Source of the DNA: the human T2T-CHM13v2.0 reference genome, Homo sapiens
Direction: 5' to 3' (one strand)
Length of the DNA stretch: 64,000 nt
NCBI RefSeq assembly: GCF_009914755.1
Contig: NC_060947.1
This document shows, one piece after another, positions 29,411 to 43,616 of this stretch. Position numbers and translations under genes: made by a program. The notes under the pieces were generated by a model. The model did no database searches. It was not told the DNA's origin and saw nothing but the letters and a program-made list of their open reading frames with translations. The number at the start of each line of letters is the position of its first letter. The first letter of the stretch is position 1.

Positions 29411-29854
29411 CCCTTCCCCTCCTCACCTGGAAAATCTGATGAGCGGAATTTGGGTTTCAAAAATAACAACCAATTCTTATCTCTGGCCCATGGTGACTCT
29501 ATACTCAGTGTATTTTAGAAAAAAAAAAAAAAAAAAAACCACTAGGCTCAATGATTGCCACTACCAGTGGAATAAGAGTTAGAGGAGGTATGATTGACTG
29601 ACTAAAGGAGGTGAGACAGCACATGCTCAATTCAGAGATATAACTGTCACTTAAAAATTATGAACTGCTTGCTGTCTTCAAGGCACTCGTAGTTTATGTA
29701 GAAATAAATGACAGAGTCCTTTCCTTCAAGCAAAATAGTATTTTTTTAAAAAAAGACAAAAGAAAACTTGCACAATGTGAAGAAGATTGTTGCCAGAGCC
29801 GAAGAAGTAGACACATTGAGGCAACATAAAATACTTTTGAAAAACAGAATTTTT

Positions 29855-30500
29855 TTATTCATTCATTCAAAAAATTACTAACTAAATGCCCACTGTGCAT
29901 TGGGTATCAAGTACAATGCTAGGCATGGAGTCAGTGATGTGTTGGTGAATATTTAACAACCAGCTCAAAACAAGCCTGCTTTGTTGTGTTTGCCAGTTTC
30001 TGTTGTGAAAATATTCCCACCATGGCTGATTTTGAGCTACCATGGGGACATCAATGGACTCACAACATTTCTGAAAATTTAACAGTAGGCTCTTTTGAGC
30101 CAGTACAAGCCAGTTCCAGCGCAAGCTAGCTCTATCACACCACACTGCCTGAGGGTATAACAGTGAACACAACTTACTGACCAACAGAGACAGAAGCAAA
30201 TAGAGTGTGCCTTGGAAAACAGAAAAAGGTAGGTGCCCCTAACTGGAACCCCTGAGTTTTAAAGGTATGGCGGCAGGCAAGGATTTTCAAAGAAAAGACA
30301 GTTATTTGGAGACCAGAGGCATGAGAAGAAATTCATCCAGTGAAGAAAGGTCTGGAAGTGAGAGAGGATGGCTCCTTTTAGGGAACTGGAAAGAGTAGGA
30401 ACAGGAAGGAAAGTATGAAGAGGTGAGATTAGAGAGACAGGGAGGGATGAACTGTGACCAGCCTTGAAGGACATATGGAACAGTTTGACCTTTAGCCTAA
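29855..30500 (-). mobile_element. L2 fragment, interrupted by MER63
   Basis: ATTCATTCATTCAA tail motif followed by purine-rich L2 antisense sequence. Confidence 0.55.
29932..30148. mobile_element. MER63-type hAT-Blackjack MITE
   Basis: CAGTGATGTGTTGGTGAATATTTAACAACCAGCTC...GAGCCAGTACAAGCCAGTTCCAGC...CACTG. Confidence 0.7.
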
Positions 30501-30503
30501 GGT

Positions 30504-30810
30504 ACCATTTCCTCCAGAAAGTAAGTCCACAAAATGACAATAGGCGTTATGTAAAAAGAAAAAGAAAAACCTATGCTCAAACATGCTTTGGAAATACTAG
30601 GCTAATCAATATTAAATAGTTGTCCTCTGTAGGATTTCTCAGATCCTTTCATCTGTTGACATGTTTGTGACTCTCCCAGAATGAGGTATAACATACACGA
30701 TTTCCTGAAGTTATTTGAGGTTGGAATACTTCCCACTTATTTTGAGGATTATATCTCAGGAGTAGTGTGCTAGAAAACTAGTGTCCATAGAACACAGTCT
30801 GGAAAGTGTT
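30504..30810. mobile_element. hAT-Charlie MITE (MER112-like)
   Basis: AATAGGCGTTATG...TTTGGAAATACT...GGATTTCTCAGA...ACTAGTGTCCATAGAACACAGTCTGGAAA. Confidence 0.55.
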
Positions 30811-33274
30811 CTAAGAACAACGGGGAGGCATTGGAAGTCATTAGGCAACCGTAACATAATCAGATAATGCTGTAGTTATAATTTCTTTCAGTTATTAGTG
30901 ATTTCTTTTCAATCATGTTTTTTTTTCTATTGCCCCCCACACCTCCCCAACTGGCTTCTATCCCCAAATTGTGGGAAAAAAAAGGCATAGGAAAACTTCT
31001 AAATACATCTTAATAGTAAAAACTAAAATAGTTTCACAGGGATACTACATTACTACTAAATTTGTTAGATTTCATTGTTTTGGTTTCTGCCTTTAATGTC
31101 TCTTTTAAAAATTTCCATTATTTCTGAAAAGCAGAGAGGGTAAGACCTGGGTTTTTCTCAACATTCAAGCCTAATTTTTTTCAAAAGGGAACAATGACAA
31201 ATTACAATCTGTCCATCTGTAGAAGATTATGGACTCTCAAATTTGAAGTGGAAATTGTAGCTCAGATGATCAGGTATTATATATATACTTTATAGTAATT
31301 TCATTCTACATAAGGAATGAAGGGGACAGGGGTTGAGGTAGATGAGAAAAGGAAAAAAGCGGGGAGGAGGGAAAAAAGACCATTTAGCAACCTATCAGAG
31401 CTTGATGAAGCCTGATATAATTAACAAACTTGTGATATCTCTAGCAATTGTAATTCCAATTATTTGCTAGCTAAAGGCAAGTTTCACTGCTCTAAGTTAG
31501 GAAATCATGTAAATAGCCTAATTAATATAATTTGCCTTATGCTCTACTAAGAAAACAAAAACAAATATGTCATTTTTTAGAATAAATAGCATGATATAGA
31601 CTAAATATTATAAATATTCAGTCAGTTTGCAGAACAAATATTGCATATTATGGATCCTTTTCAGCAATTCTATGAAGTTCAGCATGATTTAATGAAATTA
31701 TGATGGTTGTTTGAGTTTTACAACTACATTACAATAAAAAGAAAGCACTTCCTTTGCATGGATAAGAGAAAGATCCTTGACGAAATAGCATGGTAGAGCT
31801 TATAATGCTGTGGGCCTGAGGAGACAAAGATTTTATTCTTTTTCTTGCCAGTTCTCTAATCTCAAGAGAACCCCAAAGTTAAAATAAATCTTTTAAAAAT
31901 TCCATATGCCAGTGGTGGAAAGACACAATAAATAATTCTTTGCCATTTCATCATGTAGAACTGAGAGATAAAGCTGTTTGTAAAACCCTAAAAGACTTAC
32001 AAATCATTTCAACAGGTTGTCATATGTTAATGTCAACAATAATTTAATCACCACACGTAAAATGCATAATACAATGGTTGGCCTGCATTGCTTTTTGTCT
32101 GGGGACTCCACCTCACCCCTTTATATTTAATCATTTGCCCTCTGTCCTATTCTCAAGTATTTACCCCTCAAGAACAAGCTAAGGCCATTACCATTAAGAA
32201 GGAGAGAGAAGGAACGAGGATGGCTGAGTTACTAAACAAGTATTTATTGAGGTTCTATATTCCCAGCACTATACTAGGCACTGCAAAGTAAGAAAAAAAA
32301 AAAAAAGCCAGACATGACTCTTACCCTGAAGAATTTTACTACATATTTGGATCATCAAAATTCTCATTTATGAGTTAATTGCAGATCAACTAAATGCTAT
32401 GTATATATGACATTAACCTGAAGGGTAAAAGCCAATAGTCAAGAAATGAGAGATCCACTAATTCGGTAGAGTGGTAACAAAAGACTTGACAATGGACAAG
32501 CTAAAGGTTAAGCAAAGTCTTGGGGTATGTTTAGGATATGGAGTGGTAACAATGAGAGAGCACTGTAACCAAGGAGGGATTTGGCATAAGGAAAGGCACA
32601 GAAATGTGTCCGTGTGTGTGAGAGAAAAGGTAAAACTGATACCAGAAGTGATCATGTCTACCAGAGTGGAGTTGAGTAAGATTATTAAAGGTTTAGTAAG
32701 CCCAGAAAAGGCGCTGGGTTATAATGATGTAGAAAACAGAGAAGTTCCTAGGCCAGAAAAATGATAGGATTGAACCAACAAGATAAACAAGAGAGAAAAC
32801 AAAGGAAACAGTTTCAAAATTTGGATTAGAGCACAGAAAAGAGTGGAGTCATAGTCAAGAAGGGTATTTTAGTAAGTGATAAGTGAAGTGATGAGCAACT
32901 GAACAAAGGCAAGGTAAGTAAAAATGAACAAGGAGGGGCCAAACAAAAAGACATAGCAAATAAAGAGAAATATCAAACCATCTTTTATTGGTTTTTTTAA
33001 TGACAATTTAAATACAGGAGCCAAAGGAGAAGGAAGAGTTAAAGAGGACCTCAAGGCTTTTAGCTATGACTAGAAGTAATGGTACAACTGAGATAAAATT
33101 ATGTGATGAGTTCTGATTTATACATGGAATTGAACCATAAGTAGGACAATATTTTATAAGTATTTTGGAGAGTCATTAGCACAGAACTGATTGAAGCAGG
33201 ACATTTAGACCACCACTATTTTGATATAGATGTCAAAATAGCATTTTCTTGAATACAAAAGCCATGAAAGTTAA

Positions 33275-34269
33275 TGTGGTGAAGACTGCCAGACTCCATT
33301 TACCTTTCCTTCCATGGAAATAGACCTGTAGCCTGACATATATATGGCTGGTGTGGTAAACAGAATAATGGCCCCCCAATGATGCCCCCATCCTAATCTC
33401 CAGAATTTGTGAATATGTAGGCTCCATGGCAAGAGGAGATTAAGGCTGCAAATGGAATTAAGGTTGTTAATCAGTTGACTTTAAAACAGGAAAATTATCT
33501 TGGATTGTCTGGGTGAGCCCAGTGTAATCAGAATGTCCTGTAAAATGGAAGAGGGCAGCAGAAGAGGTCAGTCAGAGACATTTGAAAATGCTATGCTGCC
33601 AGCTTTGAAGATAGAGGAAGAGGCCATAAGTCAAGAAATGCAGGCAGTTTCTAGAGCTGAAAGAGTCAAGGAAATGGATTCTTCCCTGGTGCCTGCAGAA
33701 GGAATACAGCTCTACCAACACTTTGATTTTAGCCCACTGAGACCCATTTCAGACTTCTGGCCTCCAGAAATGTAAGATAATGCCTTTGTATTGTTTCAAG
33801 TCACCAAGTTTGTGGTAATTTGTTACAGCAGCAATAGGAAACTAATACAACTGGTCAGATATACTATACAGACATACTATATTTCTTGTCCATTCTTGCA
33901 GTCAGGTATGACCATTTGACTAACTTTTCACCAAAAAAATGACAGAGATAGCAATGTGCATGGTATTCAGGCCAGAGCCGTTAAGATAATGAGCCTGCTT
34001 CCTCCTTCACAGTCCCTTTCACCATCCAGTAAAATAAACCAAAGACATGACTGCAACTATGTTTTGAACATGCAGTAAAGACAATACCCAAGGATACCGT
34101 GAAGAAAATGGAAAGAAACTGGACTTCTAAGTTATGCTATGCAAGACAACCTTTCACTGATCTTAAACATGGACTGTTACATGAGAGAGAACTAAACTTG
34201 CATCTTGTTTGAGCCACTGTATTTTGGAGTCTTTATGTTATAGCAACTAGTATGACCCTAAACAATACA
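33275..34269 (+). mobile_element. Old MaLR LTR (MLT1J-like) split by MLT1D
   Basis: TTGCAGTCAGGTATGACCATTTGACTAAC and terminal GGACTGTTACATGAGAGAGAACTAAAC...GAGCCACTGTATTTTGGAGTC...AATACA. Confidence 0.6.
33352..33849 (+). mobile_element. MLT1D solo LTR
   Basis: TGTGGTAAACAGAATAATGGCCCCCCAA...GCAGCAATAGGAAACTAATACA, 498 bp, TSD GCTGG/ACTGG. Confidence 0.85.
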
Positions 34270-34401
34270 GAAGATGATTTCCCTGAAAGAAGGAATGTGT
34301 ATGTGGTAGAGTTGCAAGGATTGAGAGGAGAGTGCAATGTTACAACATTTATGAGTAGCAAACTTTCAAGAAGAAGATCATGATTAATAATTGTAAATGC
34401 A

Positions 34402-34723
<322 letters not shown>

Positions 34724-34809
34724 TGTAAATACACCAGAAAGATGAAGGAGAACACTTAATAGGGGGTGGGGAACCCTTGGTATGGATTAGTGAGAGTCAC
34801 CCTGGTTCC

Positions 34810-35870
34810 CTCTCATTTGTCCTTGTCCATCTATTCCTATGAGTTTACATACCATCTATATACATATAACTCCCAAATGTATGTCTTCAGACTAGGTCAC
34901 CTTTTTAACTTATTTGGTATTTCCATTTGGATATTTCATATAGGCATCTCAAACTTAACAGATCAAAAAATGGACACTTGAGTAACCCTATATCCTTCAG
35001 AAAACAAAACACAAAACAAACAAACAAAAAACAAACATTGCTCTTCTGATTGCCTCATCTCAGTAAAAGCACCTAGTTCCCCCAGTTGTCCAAGCTTGAA
35101 AACCGAGAATTTCATCTTCTCCTTAACCTTCCACATCTGATCCATTAATCCAATACCAAATCCTGTCAATTCCACATTGAAATATGCCTCAGATTTTACC
35201 CTGGTCAAATACACTATCACTTCTTGCCTGAAATTATGTAGTATCTTAACAATTGTACCCGTCCAATCCATCTGTAGCCACATTATAAAACTGTAAATGA
35301 TATTTCATCACTCCTTTTTAACCTGAAACAGATTCCTATCACACTTGAGGAGTAAATATAAAATTATTAATGTGGCCTTAAGCAACCCTGCATACTACTT
35401 CTCAAGTTTACTTTTCCAGCTTTTTTTTTCCTCGTAACTTTTCCCCTTGCTTTTTTTGCTGTGGCTGTATAGAATGTCTCTCAAAGTTTTTAATGTAGCA
35501 ATTATTTTCTTCCTCAGGGGTTTAACATATTTTTTTTCACTGTCTAGAACCTCCTCTTCTACTCTATTCTCTATCTAACTCTTCTCATCCTTCAGGCCTT
35601 GGTCTGAACATGGGTTTTTCAGATAGACATTCCTTATTCCCCAATAAAAATGAAGTGATCACTGTTATTCTCTTAATAGAGTCATTATTTTCCTTTATGG
35701 CACTTGTCAAATATTCTTATTTTTGTGACCCTTTGGTTTCTATATGTCTCTACAGTTTCTATGTCTATGTAAACAGAAATTATATTTGTTCTCTCTACTA
35801 CTCTATAAACAGCTCCTAATTTGTAATATGCCTGACATGTAATATGTGCTCTGTAAATATTTGAGGATGT
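34810..35870 (+). mobile_element. L2 3' fragment
   Basis: AACTCCCAAATGTATGTCTTCAG, GGCATCTCAAACTTAACA and terminal TGCCTGACATGTAATATGTGCTCTGTAAATATTTG. Confidence 0.7.
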
Positions 35871-36776
35871 TGGTGACTTTGGGGAAAATACTCTCCATTT
35901 GAGTGGTAGAAGCAAGAACTCAGACTTCATAGCTTTAAGAAGAAAGTTGACAAATAGGAAGAGCTGTTAGAATTGGGCGATAGATGAGGAAGGAAATAAG
36001 AAAAAAAGAGATGAGATTGGTTCAGGAAAAGCATTTATGATTGCCTTGAATTAGCCCTATTTCTGCTCTTGACCATTAGACAATTGGCATATATGAAACT
36101 CCTACATTTCACAAATACTGGCATTGATTACCATTAGAAACTGTTTGTGTCTTGACATTAATTGCTCTGTTAACAGAAATGTTCCTTGATTTCTAGGACC
36201 TAACAACCATAGGAAGAAAAAAAATGGTGGGAAAGACATTTAAATAAAAATGAACATACAAGTAGAAGTAGGAATAATATCTCTAGAAATGATAGTACAC
36301 AGTAAAGACTTAAGTTTACTGCTAACATTAAGTTTTGCTGGGTCACAAAAACGAAACAAAACCAGAAATCCCTAAATGGCCAATTGTAAGGGGACTTCGT
36401 GACAGTGTGAAAGAGCAGAAAGTGGCATGAACTACAAAATAAATGACTATGAGATAATATGCATATAAAAATATAGTCCTAACTATACATCATGGAGTGC
36501 AATTATCAACAGGAGAGATTTTATAGACATTTTTCACAGAAGAGAACTTTATCTTGCATGCATAATTTCTCCTGTCCACTACTCCTACTCTTCCAACTAT
36601 CAGCAAAAAGCATGTCTCATCCAGACCAGCTATTATATTTCCATGATATAAATCAAAGAATAGGCAAAGAATGACAAGGAGACAGGATAAAAAAATCTGC
36701 AGAAGAAGGAAAGAACTAAGTGAAAGAGGTTCACTGAATCTGTGAAGAGGTGGGAGAGCAGATAGGACTTAGAGTC

Positions 36777-37231
<455 letters not shown>

Positions 37232-37493
37232 CTATGCCACCACTCAGGACTAAAACACGTGAGTTATATCTTTATTAGGGTTCCATAAATTTGGCTATCA
37301 TCACTAAATGGACATGTTCCAGAAAAAAGAACTATGAATATCATCGACTCTTCCCTGAAAACTCTGACCAAATCTGCTGCATTTGTTGAATGAAATGATG
37401 ACGTGACTATATCTCAATCACTGTATGTAGTTGTGATCATCCCAAATGAAGAGAGAAAATCTGGAAAGAAAACTGAGAAAGACCATGGGGATT

Positions 37494-37864
37494 GGCTATG
37501 GACTGAATGTTTGTGTTCCCCCAAAATTCATATGTTAAAGCTCTAATCTCCAATGTGATAGTATTTGAAAGTGAGACCTTTGGGAGATGATTAGGTCATG
37601 AAGGTAAAGCCCTCATGAATGGAATTAGTGCCTTTATAGGAAGAGACAAGAGAAAGATGATCTCTCTCTGCCTTGTGAGAATACAAGAAGAAGGTGGCAA
37701 GAAGGTAGCCATCCACAAAACTGGAAGGGGCCCTTATCAAGAACTGAATCAGCTGGCACCTTGATCTTGGACTTCCAAATTCCACAACTCAAATAAATAA
37801 AAGTTTATTGTTTAGACCTCCTCATCTATGGTATTTTATTATAGCAGCCAAACTCACTAAGACA
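37494..37864 (+). mobile_element. MLT1A-type solo LTR
   Basis: GCTATGGACTGAATGTTTGTG...CTAAGACA, 371 bp, TSD GGATT at 37489-37493 and 37865-37869. Confidence 0.85.
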
Positions 37865-38454
37865 GGATTCAAGTATAGGGTGACTGCTTGGGAATGACTG
37901 ACTTTTTTAAGTTTTCTCTCAAACTCTAAGAGTCTATGAGTTATTAATAAGAAGATAGATTACATAAAGTTAAATAATATGTACATGTATACATAAATAC
38001 AAATATGTAAATAGTTTTTCCAATTTGGAAAGATACAGATGAGTGATGGAGAATATGCTCTGTGTCTATCAGTGTGTATTAATGGTTGGACATAGACTTG
38101 ATAACAATGTATACAATGTGAGAACTGATCAATGCCTTAAAAATGCCTTGAAGTTACATTTCAGCGGTTTCAAGGCAAACCGCTACTATCAAAAAGCACA
38201 ACATGGAGGCAGTTATACTATTATCTTGAGAGAATGGAGACAGTGGCTGTCTGGAAAAATTTGGAAGGTGGGTTCAATCTTGGAAAGGTTGAACAGTTTG
38301 GGGATTCAGAGTTGGGACAAGTCAGGATATATAGAGATTCCAGGCCTTTAGAGGCCAACAAGCATGACTATTGCACCTCTTCTCCCCATCACTGTTTTTT
38401 CCACTAGCTACAAGTAAACAGTGAAAAAATCTTGAGTTAGAAAGTGAAGAAAGT

Positions 38455-38770
<316 letters not shown>

Positions 38771-39835
38771 CTAAAAACATAGATAAGGCTCAAATAGTCT
38801 GGATCAATCATTTAATATGCACTTATCAAGTATCTCTTGGGGCACAGCTATGATTCAGGGTATTCTGGGGGAACAGATTTAAAAGACACAGAGACATATT
38901 TCTTTCTTTAAGGAATCTGGAGGCTAAGTAAATATATTAAATTTGTACTAACACAAGATAATGTACTGTGTAGCACAGCAAGTATAAAAGTTCTCTCAGG
39001 AAAATCAGTGTAATGTAGAGCAAATAGTAGTCATTTGCATTCTATGGACAATATGCAGTCACTGATGGTTTTGAGCACTGAAATAAAGTGCACGATGTGG
39101 CATTTTAGGAATGCAGAATGTTTATGAGGTCAGAAAAACAAGAAGGCAGCAAGGTAATTATTGCAGTAGTTTAAAATTCAGTGATTTTACAAAACATACT
39201 ACATTAGTAGACAGTAAATACATAAAAATCCATTTCCCAGTTAGTGATACATTGCTTTTAAAGGTTCAATAGTATTTAGGTAAACTTTTAGTTGAAACGG
39301 CTATAATCATTAAAGTAAAATAATATATATCTCTAATATATGACGATTCACATTGACATATGAAATCCATATGCATAGGCAGAAGAAAATTCAAAGAATA
39401 TGGCTTTGCTCATATTTTATTAAAAATTTGTATTTTAAACTATGTTTTACATTTATGTTTTTATAACTAGAATATAAGGATGTAAAATAAAGAGAGGGAT
39501 ACTGATATTGTACTTTTTTCAGTGAAAACCACCACAAGGGAAATTCTGTAAGCATTTCAATATAATATTCACCCTTGTAACCAAAGTGAATTATATGGAG
39601 GAGCTTAATAAGGATTTGTTGATTTAATTGGATTATAAGGAATTATGCATATTCTATCACAATTATAGTTTCTAGCTGATAAGAACAAAAGGAGATATGG
39701 TATGTAGGGTATGGTTGAGAGGACTTTGAGGCATGTTGAATATTTGAAAGAATCATTTGACTAAGTTATAACATACTTTGCATACATATTAACAAAATAT
39801 TATTTTCAAATAAAATATCAAAGTGAAGTGGCTAA

Positions 39836-40583
<748 letters not shown>

Positions 40584-40589
40584 TTAGAG

Positions 40590-40888
40590 TAAAACCTTCA
40601 TGAAAAGCTTATTTTTTTTTTTTAACAGTAAGCATTTATTTCTCACAATTCTAAAGACTAGGAAGTCCAAGAAGGCACCAGAAGATCTGGTGTCTAGAGA
40701 GAGCCTGATTTCTGGCTTGTAAACAACTGCCTTCTCTTGTAGCAGAGAGAGAGAAGAAGCAAGCTCTCTCATGTCTCTTCTTATCCTCATAATCCCACTG
40801 ATCTGTCATGAGAGCTCAAATATCAATACCTAATTACCTCATATAGGCTCTATCTCCAAATACCATTATATTGGCAACTGGGGTTTCA
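40590..40888 (-). mobile_element. MLT1A-type LTR, partial
   Basis: ATTTATTTCTCACAATTCT...GGAAGTCCAAGA...CCTAATTACCTC...CTCCAAATACCAT. Confidence 0.7.
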
Positions 40889-41270
40889 TTTTTTAACTTT
40901 TATTTTAGGTTTAGGGGTTCATGTGAAGGTTTGTTACATAGGTAATCACGTGTCACAGGGGTTTGTTGTACATATTATTTCATCACCCAAGTATTAAGCC
41001 CAGTACCCAATAGTTATCTTTTCTGCTCCTCTCCATTCTCCCATGCTCCCCCATCAAGTAGATCTCAGTGTCTATTGTTTTATTCTTTGTGTCCATAAGT
41101 TCTTATTTAGCACCCACTTATAAGTGTGAACAAGTGGTATTTCATTTTCTGTGCCTCAACTAGTTTGCTAAGGGTAATAGCTCCATCCATGTTCCTATAA
41201 AAGACATGATCTCGGGATTTTTTAGGGATGCACAGTATTCCAAGGTGTATATGTATCACATTTTCTTTTT
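40889..41270 (-). mobile_element. L1PA13-15-like 3' end fragment
   Basis: AACTTTTATTTTAGGTTTAGGGG...TATTTCATCACCCAAGTATTAAGCCCAGTACCCAATAG antisense 3'UTR. Confidence 0.75.
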
Positions 41271-41309
41271 TTTCTTTTTTTTTTTTTTAGTATCTAAATG
41301 AATATTATT

Positions 41310-43420
41310 TCTTTTTTTCCTCCTTCAACTTTTAAGTTCTGGGGTACATGTGTAGGGTGTGCAGATTTGTTACATATGTAAATGTGTGCCATGATGGTTT
41401 GCTGCCTAGGTATTAAGCTCAGCATGCATTAGCCATTTTTCCTGATGTTCTCCCTCCCTCCAGCCCCCAACAACAGGCCCGAGTGTGTGTTGCTCTCCCA
41501 GTGTCCATGTGTTCTCATCGTTCAGCTCCCACTTATAAGCGCAAGCATGCGGTGTGTGGTTTTCTGTTCCTGCGGTAGTTGGCTGAGGATAATGGCTTCC
41601 AGCTCCATTTATGTCCCTGCAAAGGACATGATCTCATTCCTTTTTATGGCTGAACAGTATCCCATCATGTATATGTACCAAATTTTCTTTACCCAGTCTA
41701 TCATTAATGGGCATTTAGGTTGATTCCATGTCTCTGCTATTGTGAACAGTGCTGCAATGAGCATATGCATTTGTGTATCTTTATAAAAAAAATTTATATT
41801 CCTTTGGGTATATACCCAGGTAATGAGATTGCTGGGTCAAATGGTATTTCTGGTTCTAGATCTTTGAGGAATTGCCACACTGTCTTCCACAATGGTTGAA
41901 CTAATTTACATTTCCACCAACAGTGTAAAAGCATTCCTATTTCTCCACAGCATCGTCAGCATCTATTGTTCCTGTACTTTTTAGTAATTGCCATTCTGAC
42001 TGGTGTGAGATGGTACCTCATTGTGGTTTTGATTAGCATTTCTCTAATAATCACTGATGTTGAGCATTTTTTCATATGTGCGTTGGTCACATGAATGTCT
42101 TCTTTTGAGAAGTGCCTATTCATATCATTTGTCCATTTTTTAACAGGGTTGGTTGTTTTATTCTCACAAATTTGTTTAAGATCCTTGTAGACTCTGGATA
42201 TTAGAACTTTGAGAGATGAATAGAGCGCAAAATTTTTCTCCCACTCTGCAGGTTGTCTGTTTGCTCTGATGATAGTTTCTTTTGCTGTGCAGAAGCTCTT
42301 TAGTTTAATTAGATCTCATTTGTCAATCTTTGCTTTTGTTGCAATTGCTTTTGGCATTTTTATCATGAAATCTTTGCCCATGCCTATGTCCTGTATGGTA
42401 TTGTCTAGATTTTCATCTAGGGTTTTCATAGTTTGAGTTTTTACATTTAAGTCTTTAATCCACCTTGAGTTAATTTTTGTATAAGGTATAAGGAAGGGGT
42501 CTAGTTTCAATTTTCTGCATATGGCTAGCCAGTTCTCCCAGCACCATTTATTAAATAGGGAATCCTTTCCCCATTGCTTATTTTTGCCAGGTTTGTCAAA
42601 GATCAGATGGTTGTAGGTGTGTGGTCTTATTTCTGAGTTCTCTATTCTGTTGCATTGGTCTCTGTGTCTGTTTTTGTACCAGTACCATGCTGTTTTGGTT
42701 ACTATAGCCTTGTAGGATAGTTTTGAGTTGGTAGCAGGACTCCTCCAGCTTTGTTCTTTTTGCTTAGGATCATCTTGACTATACAGGCCCATTTGGTTTC
42801 ATATGAATTTTAAAATATTTTTTTCTAATTCTGTGAAGAATGTCAATGGTAGCTTGATGGGGATAGCATTGAATCTATAAATTACTTTGGGCAGTATGGC
42901 CATTTTCATGATATTGATTCTTCCTGTCCATGAGCATGGAATGTTTTTCCATTTGTTTGCGTCCTCTCTGATTTCCTTGAGCAGTGGTTTATAGTTCTCC
43001 TTGAAGAGGCCCTTCACTTCCCTTGTTGTTAGCTATATTCCTAGGTATCTTATTCTCTTTATAGCAATTGTGAATGACAGTTCATTCATGATTTTGCTCT
43101 TTGCTTGTCTACTGTTGGTGTATAGGAATACTTGTTATCTTTTCACATTGGTTTTGTATTCCGAGACTTTGCTGAAGTTGCTTATAAGCTTAAGAAGCTT
43201 TTGGGCTAAGATGATAGGGTTTTCTAGATATAGGATCATCTCATCTGCAAACAAAGATAATTTGACTTCCTCTCTCCCTATTTGAATATCCTTTATTTCT
43301 TTCTCTTGCCTGATTGTCCCGGCCAGAATTTCCAATACTATGTTTAATAGGAGTGGTGAGAGAGGGCATACTTGTCTTGTCCTAGTTTTCAAGGGGATTG
43401 CTTCCAGTTTTTGCCCATTC
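41310..43420 (-). mobile_element. 5'-truncated L1 (L1PA10-like), ~2.1 kb
   Basis: Antisense 3'UTR plus ORF2 peptides (42316-42792, 42799-43017, 43135-43392 including LSLFADEM). Confidence 0.9.
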
Positions 43421-43616
43421 TATAGTAAATAATAACTTAATTGTACATTTATAATTAAGAGTGTAATTGGATTGTTTGTAACTCACAGAATAAATGTTTG
43501 AGGGGATGGGTACCCCATTCTCATGATGTTATTTCACTTTACATGCTTGTATCAAAACATCTAAAGAACCCCACAGATATATACACCTACTCTGTACCCA
43601 CAAAAATAAAAAAAAA
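43421..43616 (+). mobile_element. L1MA1/2-type extreme 3' end
   Basis: GAGTGTAATTGGATTGTTTGTAAC...GGGGATGGGTACCCCATT...GTACCCACAAAAATAAAAAAAA. Confidence 0.8.
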
